Positions 13,001-27,400 of a DNA stretch of 64,000 nt are shown here, in pieces. The position numbers and the translations under genes were made by a program. The notes under the pieces are model-generated. The model did no database searches. It was not told where the DNA came from and saw only the letters and a list, made by a program, of their open reading frames with translations. Origin of the DNA: Choristocarpus tenellus KU-1152 (Eukaryota > Protista > Phaeophyceae). Numbering within the stretch: the stretch's first letter is position 1; the number at the start of each line of letters is the position of its first letter. Where the stretch lies: positions 2,564-66,563 of the forward strand of contig CAXNAD020000004.1 in assembly GCA_964200185.2 (NCBI GenBank), given 5' to 3'.

Positions 13001-16000
13001 ACCTCCCTCTACTACTACTCTCAGTGAGAGTACTGAACCAAATACACAAGAAGGAAGTCGGGAAGATAGGCAGTAAACTATCCCTACCCTATCCTTATTT
13101 ATTATTATTATTATTGTTCACAGTGCAGCAGATAGTGCTACTATAATTATAAGAAGTGGTGAAGTGTGTGTGAAGTGTGTGAAGTGTGTAATGTGTGTGA
13201 AGTGTGTAATGTGTGTAATGTGTGTGAAGTGTGTGGAGTGTGTAATGTGTGTAATGTCACTGACCACACGTCGACATAATCCACAGACTAACATGATAAC
13301 ATGGTAACATGACGCAAAAATAATAAACAATAATAATAGAAATAAAAATAAATTGTGAGGAAATAATAATAAACAAAGAATCAACAGACAATGCACACAC
13401 TCCTTTGCTAATCTAATGGAATTACATTTACCATGCCCTACCCATGCCCTCTTACCAAGTTTGTGGTGTTGACTAGAGTTGACTAGAGTTAGGGTTAGGG
13501 TTGACTAGAGTTGACTAGAGTTGACTAGAGTTGACTAGAGTTGACTAGAGTTGACTAGAGTTGACTAGAGTTGACTAGAGTTGACTACTCACATCACTTG
13601 TGGTATGGTTAATCACATAGTTCTTTATTTGAACTATGTGATTAACCATACCACACAATCCGGTATTTGGTAGTATCAACATATCAACATCTCATCAGCT
13701 AAGAACTTCACACATTTGGAGTACTACGCATAGAGTAGTAAGTACAATGTACAGCCAGAGACAGGTACAAGATGTTGACCAATGAAACAAGTCAGCACTT
13801 CTATTGTACACTCCCCTAACCCTAAGTTACCTCATCTCCCACTAGTGAGAAGACCTCCACTGTCAGCTCCCTTGCTGCATCCCTAACCTCTCCATTGCTG
13901 TGAGCAAATCCATTACACGACTTGCCATTGTTGTGTCCATCAAAGCATCACATTACATTACATCACATCACATCACATCATATCACATCATAGATGCATT
14001 GACATATGTGGACAGTCAAGCAGCACCAAAAACGATTTTTGAGAATCAATCAACATAATAACAATCAAGCAGAACAATATTCACATCCACACCATACAAG
14101 AAGGAAGATATCTTCATTTTTATATTTATTCATTATAATTATTTGGTATATTTATTTATTACATTGGATACTATGGTAGTAAAAAATGACAAAGCATAGT
14201 GCATATTTTTATTATTATGTAACTATGTCAATTATTATTATTATAACTCTTGAACTGCAGGATTAAAGTGTTCTCATCAAGCTATGTGGTACAACCCAAA
14301 TGTTGATATGTCTCAGTTTGAAATGATAAACAGCACGAAATCTTTGACTATTACTTTTCTTATAATTAATACTTATAATTAATACTTGGAAGTAATTCTA
14401 TTTTTAATCAACACATTCTATATACTCCATTGATAACAGTGGAGATTTTGTTGACACATACTATACTGTACTATGTATTAGATATTATATGCCATATTAA
14501 TATCTATTCAGTAGCTTCATATTATCCCTCCTATTTAGTACAGTATTACAGTGACCTCATCAGCACTCTCCACATTTATTGATCGACCCCCAATGCCAGG
14601 GCTAGGGTTAGAGCTATGGTGAAGGTTAAATATGCTTGAAAACGGGAGGTAGGGTTAGGGAAGAGTCAGTTCTTAGGGTTAGGGTTAGTATTGAATGACA
14701 CATTCGACATTTTAAGGGTTAGGGTTAGTAATAGCACTACTAGTTGTATGATACACAATAAAATCCAACTACTACCATAATAAGAATAACAATAAAATAC
14801 ACAAATAAAAAATAACAATAGTCAGTCCTTACATTGATCATTGATGTATGGTGATGTGTGAATAAATCAGATGTATGTTGTGTGTGTCCACTGTAAATAG
14901 GTGTCAATAGGCAATATAGATTGTACATACATAATGTTTATTTCATTACCAGAGGTACAGTAAGAACTAGCTATATACATTCACAGTCTACCCTACCACT
15001 CTAACCCTAATTATGCTGATTTATTGGTAATGACTAATGACTAGTGACTGATGACGAGTGAGAAGGCCCAATGTATGCACTCACACTTAGTACTTTAACT
15101 CAAAACAATAATGATAATAATAATATTGTGTTAGGGCTAGGGTGAGTTTGAATACCCTCTCTCACTATGTAGTGGTTCAAATATCTTAGGGTTAGGGTTA
15201 GGGGTTAGGGTTGGGGTTATGAGCACTCACTTCACAGGTGTGGTTGTTCTGTGGCTACATACATTTTGTTAAAACACATTTACATAATTTGTTTGGGTTA
15301 GGGTTATCCTTGACATCATCAATTCTTGACATCATCAATTCTTGACATCTTCCAAAATATAAATAGTTTTCTCAAACTCAAAACTGCCAGTACACACATC
15401 CTTCTCACCCAAGTTGACCCACTACTATAAATAACAATAACAATAACAATATTTTCACCGTAACCTTGATTTACATTTTTTTACCATAAACACCCCCCAA
15501 AAGGTAACAATAATAATAGTAAAGATGATAATATTGTTTGTAGTGCCATGAGCTCTTTTAGCATTGGCACTCAAGCCACTACATAACACACACCCATTGT
15601 CTCATCTTGCAGGTGTACTTAACTTGATAATGTAGATAGATTAGAGTGTAGATTAGAGTGTAGATCACAATCATCACAATAATTTAGTTGAGAGTATATC
15701 TGACCTGCACAAAAGACATCACAGTCTCTTCTGCCAGCCCTGAAGTATTCCCTAGTCCAAACTCACGAAGTAGGTGTTGTAGTAGTGTTAGCCTTGCCTT
15801 GATGGGTCTCCATGCTGTAAGGAGCTTTTTTGGTAATGGCTTTAGTGCAAGGTGACTGTCCATTGTCAAATATAAAAAAATAGAGAGAGAGATGCCATGC
15901 ACCATGTAAGCAAGGGGAACAGAGGTGGGAGGTGTGGTGCAGGTTAATAACAATAATAATAAGATTGAATGACTGCATTGTGCTGTACCTACTTCAGGTG

Positions 16001-19000
16001 TAAGACAAAAAAATAATTCACTAATACAGTATACATATCATAGTAAAATAATTCACTAATAGAGTATACATATCATAGTAAAATAATTCACTAATACAGT
16101 ATACATATCATAGTAAAATAATTCACCAATACAGTATACATATCATAGTAATTACATAATAAAAATATGATTACACAAACAAGTAACCCAATATAGGTCT
16201 ACCCTACTAATAGCACTTACAATAGATTAAGTACAAGTATAACATCAATTGCTCTAACCCTACCCCTAGCGAGTGTAAGCTATCAACATTAACCATTAAA
16301 AAAAGTCAGACAAGTATAAAGAAGAGCTCTCTCTCAACTAGACCAATAACTGATTGCACTTCACAATCATTATTTCAAATACATCCCTGCTAATTGCCTA
16401 ACCCTAATCCAATCAAAATACATCCAGAAAGACCTTACATTGATATCAGTCTTGCAATGATGTTAGTGCCCTGACACCTCATCAAAATATCATACTATCA
16501 TACTATACCCAACTAGACCAAGGACTATTGAGGGATGATTGTCATCATGTACCTAAGACTAACCCTAAAAAATATACTCACATACAATTTACCATTGTTT
16601 GATCATCATCATCATCATTATTATTATTATTATTATTAAAAATATATATTTCTACTATTATTAATATAAGACCTTTACCTCACAGCAAACCAAGTGATTC
16701 TCATCAATTAACAAAATAGCATAATTAGAGTAAAATTACATTAACTGTCATGAGGTTAGAAATATTACAAAAAATTAATTTAACACTAATTCCACCATCT
16801 ATCCGTATAACACATCACATCACAGAAGAGGTGGACACATCACACATACATGTATCATACCTCTTATGACCTATTGTGTGGCAACAATATGATCAATGGT
16901 CACAATCAATGGTTACAATCAATGGTTACAATGTGTACAGAGATGATAACATGTTGTACAGAGATGGTTAATATAATATAGGAAAAAAAATGCAATCAAG
17001 TACACTTGCAAACACCTGCTGATCTTTTATTGACACTGGTTGTTGACATTGATTCTTGATATTGATTGTGGACATTGATTGTTGACATTAATTCTTGATA
17101 TTGATTGTTGACATTGATTGTTGACATTATTTCTTGAAATTGACTCTTGGTATGGGTTCTTCATTGATTCTTGACATCAATTCTATACCCCTCTACTACA
17201 GTGGTATACCTGTTACTAATAGTTAATATCATCATCAATAGAACATGGTATTGCTTTGAAATACCATATTATTATACTACTACTAAATTGAAATAATAAA
17301 AATAATACTTGACCGCCTTGTTACTATTATTGCTATTATTATTCTTATTGTACCTCACAAAAGAAGGACCAACACTTCCACAGCGAGCAACAGTAGTCAA
17401 TCCCCCCATAGCCCCTTCCCTGATCCTAGCCTGTCCATCACCAAGCTTGAGGAGGAGGGTGGCCACGGTTGGCTCCAGAGCAGTGACAACATGATTGTGT
17501 CTTGCATCCTTACATTTTTCAATAGACACAACTGTCTCCTGTATCAGTTCTAGCGTTGACAGGAACACCTTCATTTACAATGTAAGGTACAAGGTACAAG
17601 GTTTGACTTGCATGACATTTGACACAGACCACTACTACTCCTCAAACAAGTACAGCACCTGATATCTATCTTTCTCACCCACCCAACTAGAGCTTATCGC
17701 ATGACTCCTTTTCAAAAGGTTTGTGTGTGTATGTTAAGCCTGACTCAAATAACCTTTACATCAACATGAGTACTAAACACCAAACACAAAATAACCACAT
17801 GGTCAGTAAGTACTCAACAATATCCACACTATATCATTCTCACACTCCTCAGGTAATATATCAAGTCCGAAGAGGGCAATGAGACATGATGTGACACGAC
17901 ATGATGTGATGTGACATGACACAACAAGTCACACAAAAGTAAAAACAATTGGTTAAGACATGACATGACATGACACAACAAGTCACACAAAAGTAAAAAC
18001 AATTAGTTAAGACATGACATGACACCCATACGACCAACATTCCGAAATTTAACCGTAAGACATGTTGGTTCAATGTTGGTTCAATGAGTGTCCAAAAATT
18101 TTGCTCTAACCCTAACCCTGTGCAAGGATTGTAAAAAAAATCTGTTCCAAGGGTGTTCATATTTCTAGACGAAAGGTGCTACTTTTAGGTTTAGGTCTCA
18201 ATGTTGAGTACAACGATATTGGTGATTTCTTCACATTAGGGTTAGGGTTACAATATGTATAACCTCAACCACTGCCTACAACAGAGTACAAACCATATTG
18301 TACTGGATAACTCTTACACTATAAGAGTATCTTATCAATAATGCAATGTTTCCATTAATAGTAGTATAGTAGAACATTTTGAAGAAAAGCATAGTAATAT
18401 ATATATAAAAATGACAAAGTATCAATCAGGGAAACAAATACAGTGTAGAAAAAAAATCTTTGTATCTACAACTTTGAACCAAATTTGGATATTTGATATG
18501 CCTATTAATATGATTATTAATATTACTATTAGAGCAGTTGAGCACTTTCATGTACTATTGATAAGAATTTCTTTCAAACCAGTAAGTCAAGATCTCTCTC
18601 ACCTAATATCTTGGCTGTCACATTTAGTCACCCCCATTGTAGTAGTGGTACATTGTGGTACATTCCACTCTCCTTATGGTATATTTGACACTTATTGTGG
18701 TACATTTCACTCTCATTGTGGTATATTTGACTGACCTGTGCTATTTTGTCCTCACATCCTACCCTTAGCACCTGGCAAATCTCTCCCAAGGCAGAGTTGA
18801 TGCCTGGGTCTTTTTCAAGACTCTGGAGAGATAATTTCACCTGTGTAGGTAGATCAAAACACAACACACAACACACAGCAGACATCATGCATTACACAAT
18901 TTTCACATTTTCATCATCGAACGTCATCAACAATTTTAACACTCGATTAAGCGCAGTATATTAGCAAGTACAGTACCAAGTACTAAGTACAGTACCAAGT

Positions 19001-22000
19001 ACTAAGTACAGTACCAAGTACAGTACCAAGTGCAGTACCAAGTACCAAGTATCAAGTACAGTACTAAGTACCAAGTACCAAGTACAGTACTAAGTACTAA
19101 GTATCAAGTACAGTACCAAGTACTAAGTACCAAGTACAGTACATATACTAAAGAAGTAGATACACACTATTAGTCAGTCTAGGAGTGTAGACAGTCTAGG
19201 AGTGTAGACCCCAAACAGTTCAGGTATCTGTACTGTTTTAGCTACCTTAGTTACTTAGGTATCTGTTTAGTACTAGATTCATTGTGTTGATCATCACACT
19301 AATTGATAAAACAGTTTACAGACACAATTAGTACTACTTTAACACTCCTGGTACTTGCTAGAGAATGGTACTTGCTAGAGAATGGTACTATGTGGCTAGT
19401 ACTTGTTTCAGTACAGTACAATCAACTAACTGGTGCATTAATAGGACATACCAGAGACTGCTGACCCATTGGTTATACTCATAGTTGTTGCCTACTACTT
19501 TGTAGTAAGTATTGTACTAGTAGTATCTAAATGTCAATCAATATTAATAACTTTGTAGTAAGTATTGTACTAGTAGTATCTAAATGTCAAAAATATCAAT
19601 ATCAATATTAATATTAAAAATTATAATTGACCACACACAACATTAAAGGCAGGGGACATTGAGGGGCTAACACCTAACAACATGATTGAAGGAGAAAAGG
19701 GTCAGGATATGTCATTAATCAGGATATGTCATCAACACATCCTTCGCTGTCACATCAGATTGGACTAAACTAAACTAAAATACACTAGACTTGACTAGAC
19801 TATTTATAGGATAGCTCATCACTTGAACTGACTCCAGCATTAGAATGTCAACATTCTTGTAACATCCTTGTAACATCTTCAGAGTACATACTATAATTTT
19901 TTTTTATAGATGAGTCAGTCTAGAGCACAAAGACATGTGTCTCAGTCTAAGCCACAACTAGGATATTAATTGGAAAATTCAAGGAAAAGATCAAGACTTT
20001 GTTAAGGAGACAAATCAAACACCATCCAAATGCCATCCTAAGTCTGTTGAATCAGAGCACCTCAATGAACCAGATGCATTCCTTGATAACTTGTCATTTC
20101 ACTGTTTCTAATAAAAATAAAATAAGTTAATAAGTGCTATAATATATGTGTGACTGGTGGTAAGATTGTACCATTAGCACTAGAGACTGATGCTAACGCT
20201 AACACCTTACTAAAAAAAAAACTCAAAAGAAAGTGTTACCATTGAGACCAAGACACACCTTGACTATTGCAGCCTCTCTCAGAGACCATGCCTTGCTGTA
20301 TAGGCACTGTGTGACATATTCCCCAAAGAGGCTTGTCAGACCCTGCACCTAACCTCAGGTGTGTATCACAGGTTAGAGTTAGGATTAGTATCACAGGTAT
20401 TTATCACAAATCACACAAAGGAAAGAGACACAGTCAAACAAACATGTAGTATCATTATTATTTCAACAATAGTATAAACAAATAAACATAACTATTGTTG
20501 TTTTACCACAGAGATTGTTGTTTTACCACAGAGGGGAAGGCAACTGTTACAACTCATACAAAATTCACACCTACAAAGTGTGTGATCCATACAATACTAA
20601 TATTTATACTATATATGCTAATACTCATACTAATCTAGGATGACAACCAAAATACTAGTATCAATACTAATCTAAAATGACAACCAAACATACTAGTATT
20701 AATACTAATCAAGGATAATAATAATAATTATTATTATTATAATCAACAAGAGGCGCCCAGCAACATCATCAACCAAACATACTATTATTAATACTAATCA
20801 AGGATAATAATAATTATTATTATAATTATTATTATTATAATCAACAAGAGGCGCCTAGCAACATCATAAACCAAACTGGTACCAAGCAGGGTGTATTTCA
20901 ATGACTTCACCCTTCACACAAAAGGTACACTACTAATGGTGTACCATATAATGTCAATACCATAACTACCATCAACCAACCATAATGATGGTAACTTTAA
21001 CATATACTAGTAGGTACAAAAATCTTAATAATATTAAAAATAATAATAATACTCTCACCTGCTGCCTTTGTTGTACTACTATTAGTCACAGAATATGTGT
21101 GTTGTGGAATGATACAATTCAATTCCATAGCACAACCTTCATCACCAGATATGATATGGTGTATGTAATAATATACTGATTGATTTTAATCAGTTTTGAT
21201 TTAAATTGTTGTTAATAGCACGTGACAACATACATCAGTGAAAAAATGGAATACACTACCAAGCGTCATACAATACAATATAAACAGAATACAATATGAA
21301 CAGAAAGAACACTTCATCTGGTTATACTTCACCCAAATGTCACCCATGTCACTCAAATGTCTTACCCACTACACTAGTATCATAATGATCTAATATCATA
21401 ATTATCCAGTAAATTAGAACATAACATGTTGCGAACCTGGTCCTTGAAATAATAATAATAATAATAATAATAGTAATGACATCAGCAAACAGGTAGTTTT
21501 CAAATGAAAGGGATGAAAGAGGACACTGTAGAGTAGACAATGCAATTTAGTGTATTTAGTATATTTTAGTACAGCTACAAAAAAAGGTATAAATGACAAA
21601 CTAAGGTATACCTTGAATCCTAGGGTAGTGCATTTGACTGACAACCATAAATAACACTGACCATACGGCCAAAAATGGTAAGTCACAATTTGGTCACAAT
21701 TTGGTCTAGTCCAGCATTGTACAGGAAGCAATTGGCATGGAGTGAGGGGATGAATCAACTTGACAAATCAACTTGAAAAATCAACTTGAAAAATCAACTT
21801 GACAAATCAACTTGAAAAATCAACTTGAAAAATCAACCTGAAAAATCAACTTGAAAAATCAACTTGAAAAATCAACTTGAAAAATCAACTTGAAAAATCA
21901 ACCTGAAAAATCAACCTGAAAAATCAACTTGAAAAATCAACTTGACAAATCAACTTGAAAAATCAACTTGAAAAACCAACTTGAAAAATCAACTTCAAAC

Positions 22001-24443
22001 TGAAGGGTGGGGCAGTGGTGTCTGAAATCATATTGCAAAATAGCATCATGAGAGATAGATCATGAGAGATAGCTGCATGCACACTGATTGGTAGAGGCTA
22101 TGGGTTCACCATATGAACCTTTTCATTGAGTGATTTGAAACTGGTGCATTGAGTGTCATTGGGTAAGAGATTTCGAAGAGATGTTGAGGTGCATTAAACA
22201 CCTGACAAAAACAGGCACTACCTTTCACAGTGGATCTGACCTTTGATGGGTGATGGGTGGTTCTTGTAGCTATAATTGTAGATATAATTAGTAATAATTG
22301 TAGTTATAATTGTAGCTATAATTGTAGATATAATTAGTAATAATTGTAGTTATAATTGTAGATATAATTGTAGATATAATTAGTAATAATTGTAGTTATA
22401 ATTGTAGATATAATTGTAGATATAATTAGTAATAATTGTAGTTATAGGGTGGTGTGGTGTGTGTTGGGGTGTGGAAGTGGCTCACTCTGGATATACTCAC
22501 CAACCCTAACCTTTCAGTCCAGCCATAGTCACCACTGTCATTTCTTAACAATAAAAAATGTTACTTCTACTCTGGAATTGACTATTAACAACATTTAAAA
22601 AAATACTTCAATAACTTACTATTAATAGTACATGGAGTACTCTTGTAGCCAATAGGGTACTATCTATCAAGAACATCATTTATCAGCAGCATAACGTATG
22701 ATTTATATGCCTGTATTGATCATGATTGTCTCTCAGCCTGTCTGGCTTGTATTGTACACCTCTCTACTTCTCTACTTCTGTACCTGTACCTCTCTACTTC
22801 TGTACCTGTATATCTCTACTTCTGTACCTGTACATCTCTACCTCTCTACCTCTCTACCTCTATACCTGTACCATATAGCTCACCTCTGACAGATCGACCT
22901 TGGCACTAAGGGCCTCTGGCATCTGTAACTCCTCAAGATTAGGAACACCTTCAAGGGGATGTTGCCCAGGAGGAAAGCCAGTGCCAGGGTTAGGAACACC
23001 ATCAACGCTTAACCCAAACCCCTTTGCACCATCCGGTTGTCCCTGTTGCCCCTGTTGACCCCAGCTTTGGGATGCACCTCCTGATCCTGGCCTGGTTTCA
23101 CCTGAGATATTCAAGAGTATGGTTAAGGCTATTCACTGACTCTGGCTGTTACAAATAGTCATATTTCAACCACCATGCAAGTGTAAGTTCAGCCTGAGGT
23201 TTGGGAAGATAGTCAATTCTCCTAATATAGTATAGAATGACTGCTACTAATGGTATAAAATAGAAATATTTAGTAAAGTATTTTCATTATGTTTCTGTGA
23301 GGAGCACTTCACAGAAAAAGTTGTCTTTCCCATCAAAAATTGTCCCTTCCACTTTCAGAATAATAAAAAAGGTAGTGAATGAACCTCACAATTGCATTAC
23401 AAGCTACTATATAGCACACTAATTACTCAGTAATTGAATAATAATACAAATATTAACAAACACAAAAACATACATATGAGAGAGTATACCATGGACACAC
23501 ACCGTCAAAAGACTCCCTAACCCTAACCCTATCCCAGAGTATACTGTTTGAAACAAACAAAGAATCAACAGTTTTGAGAAAAGCTTCATCCTCATAGTAC
23601 TCCTTTGTGAAGGTGAATGGAACATTTTGCTACTACTAATAGTATAAGAAATGTCAAACACCACCATAAACAACTAAAACACCAACTCTTGAACTGCACC
23701 ATACAAGTACTAGTACTAGTACTAGTGCTAATACTAATACTATTACTTTAGTATCATGGTTAGTACCAAACAGGTACTTTGTGGTATTACACAATAATAA
23801 TGATAATAATAATAATAATATTGCACATGTTGATTGTCTATGAGGAGTGCTTGTAGTTAGTCATGTCACTTGTTATTTGTTAGCAGTAAGAAAGGGATGT
23901 ACCCTCTGAAGCAAATGTTCCAATCAATTGCTAATTATATGAAATGTGACTTAACAAATAGGTCATCCATTCAAAGCAACTAGAGTTAGGGATAGGGTTA
24001 GTCAAAGTACTTGTCAACAACATGAACAGAATCAATGTAAACCTTACATAATATCAACATAATATCAACATAATCCTTGACATTTCCAAGAAACAATGAC
24101 CTATTTTCTTCTACTAACATGATATTATAATATGATAAAAAATTCCCAACAGGTATGGTATGTCAAAAGGTTACACTGACTTTCCTTTTGAAAAAATGTC
24201 TTGACAATTCTTGCAGGTGAGGTTGAGGAGTTGTCTGTCATTATAGATGGTGCATCATGACACTCTTTGATGTCTTGTGATGTATTTTGATGTGCTATGA
24301 TGTCAAAACAGAGTGTGAGAAAGAACTGAGAAAGAACTGAGAAAGGAGATCAATTGAGATGGTGATATCTTTGGCAAGAACAAGAACATTCCTACCACAA
24401 TCAATGCAATACTTCTGACAATCATTGTACATTACAAAGCACG

Positions 24444-24487
<44 letters not shown>

Positions 24488-27400
24488 CTAACTACCCCGT
24501 GACTGCAAGTAAATCAAGTAAATCAAGTAAATCAAATTACACCGAAGGGTTATAGGTGATAACCCTAACCCTACCCCTAACCCTATCTCGTAAGAAGATG
24601 ACAAAGAAGACACAACACATCGTACCCAACCGTCCCTCACATCCCTAACCCTAATAATAGTAGTAGTTGTCCTCGTCCTGACTCTAACCCTAACAGTAGT
24701 AGGCATAACAAACACAGAACCCAATATTGGGGATGTACAGTGAGTTCAGCAACAATAAATATAATAATAATAATAATAATAATTGTAATAACAACAATAA
24801 TTAAAAGTATAAAATATATGTATGGGTTATACCAGCTTGAAAGGGTGTAGAACGTGGTTCAAGAGGTTTAATCAAGGCCTTGAGCTCCTGTTGATAGGTC
24901 AGAATTCCATGGCGTTGTGCCATATCATATAATGACAGTCTTGCATCATTGAGGCATTGAATAGCCTTCACATACTTGGTCCCAACCACATCATACTATT
25001 ACTATTAACATTACATACATTATATACTATCATTATTAACATTACAAACTGCCAGGAGTACAAATAAAAATGAGGTGGCCCACAGGTCATAGTAAGAGTA
25101 CAATGAATTGTAGCATAAAGGGTACAATGAAGTGTAGCATAAAGGGTACAATGAAGTGTAGCATAAAGGGTACAATGAAGTGTAGCATAAAGGGTACAAT
25201 ACAGGCTACATTAAATTGTAGAATAAATTTTACAATAAATAGTATAACACAGGATACACTAAATTGTGGACTAAAATGTGCAGGAAAGGGTATAATGAAG
25301 GTACAATAAAGGGTATAATGAAGGTACAGGAAAGGGTACAATAACTAGACTGGTTGTGCCAGCTTCACAAGCAACCAGTGACTGCTCGATACATAATGGA
25401 ATATAGGGTGTACTGAATCACCACACATGTAGGTGGTACACTATAAACAGTATGAACACTATTATCAATAATTAATAAAAATAATTAAATACAAGCAAGT
25501 GTACACTATAAACTGTATGAACACTATTATCAATAATTAATAAAAATAATTAAATACAAGCAAGTGTACACTATGAACAGTGTGCACACTATTATCAATA
25601 ATTAATAAAAATAATTAACTCAAGTAAGTGTACACTATGAACAGTATAAACACTAATTGACTTCAAAGAACATAAACTGTAAACATGATACTAGTCATAC
25701 ATTCAAAATCCTTTAATACATCAAAATACATCAGAATGACTAACACATTAAAATATAGCCATCAGCCAATAACCCACCAGGTAAATGTAAATTTAGACCA
25801 TCACTTGAGTGCAATATTCTTGGCTTGGCAACAGGTGGAGAACCATATGCATCACTTTGTCTTCCTTGTCCATGTCCATGTCCATGTCCATGTCCCCCTG
25901 CCACCGAGGTATCAAAGGACTCTCCACCCATGTGTCCCTCTGCATTGAAGGCTTTGAAAGAGTCCCTTTCATCCCTATCATTGGTGCTTGGTGGCTGTTG
26001 ATCTTGATGACCTTGATGACCTACACCAACAGGTTGATCATCAATACCAATTTGGTAGGAGGGGCTTGCCATGACATCTGTGTAGGAATGTGTAGGAATG
26101 GATACAAAGATGAAAAGCAGCAGTGTATGTGTCAATAGTGTGGTCAAGAGTGTCACGAGTGCTATGATCACCACTGGGGATAAATGTAAACAATGTGTTA
26201 CATGTATTACAATCTCAATGTAGACAAAGTACTATCAGTGGTACTATGAATGATATTATCAATTGTGTGTAAGACAGGGTGCCATTTAGATGATGCATCA
26301 GAAGATACATCAGAAGATACATCCAATTAGATTGTTAGTCAGTGGCGTCCAATGACTGGCATCAAACCATTACACACCAATGGAGCAATTTCAAGCAACT
26401 ACCTAGCTTTAAAAAAAAAGAAGACAAAAGATAATAGATACAAGGACAAAAAAAGACAATAGATACAAAGACAAAAAGATAATAGATACAAAGACAAAAA
26501 AAGGTAATAGATACAAGGACAAAAAAAGATAATAGATACAAGGACAAAAAAAGATAATAGATACAAGGACAAAAAAAGATAGGACAACACCAACACACAA
26601 AAACATGCACCCCTAGCCCAAGTATGATTCATTGCCATGCCAGTCTCCTACCATGTCCCATGTACAGGTTGCACAAGATATCATTACTAAGGTTAGAGTT
26701 ACTATTTTGATCAATGTATATGATCAACAATCATTTGTATCAATATTGTCAATACTATATCCCAAGAGTATTTGTGATTCTATTTTTTGATCTTATTAAA
26801 ATGACATCGCCCTTATCATGAACTGGTCACATCCTTGTCAATACACCAATACATCAACTATAATATTAAAAACAAAACAATATTTTTGGATGTCATCAGT
26901 GATGGAGGTAGTATTGTAGTATTAGTATTGTACTATTATAGCACAGAGGGTACTACAAAAAAATATGTAGTGTGTGTAGTGTTGTGATGAGTAGGACTTT
27001 AATTTTGCAATATGCACATCACACATGTATACTTCACTACAACTAAGTACTACTTTATGTATTCGTAATGACAGTATATTAATAGAACAGTAGCCTTTAT
27101 ATGGTTTCTGTGAAAGTGTTGAGTTATGAACATTATACTCCCACTCTCTGGCACTCTAGGCCCCCATATACATTGTAACCTTCTCAACAGGATAGTTACA
27201 CATAATCATACAAATAAACATGACTTGATCTACAAGGGGAGACACCAAACTATGCTATACTATGCTATACTATGCTATATAATACAATACAATACTATAC
27301 TATACTATACTATACTACACTACACTACACTACACTACACTACACTACACTACACTACACTACACTATACTATACTATACTATACTATACTACACTATAC

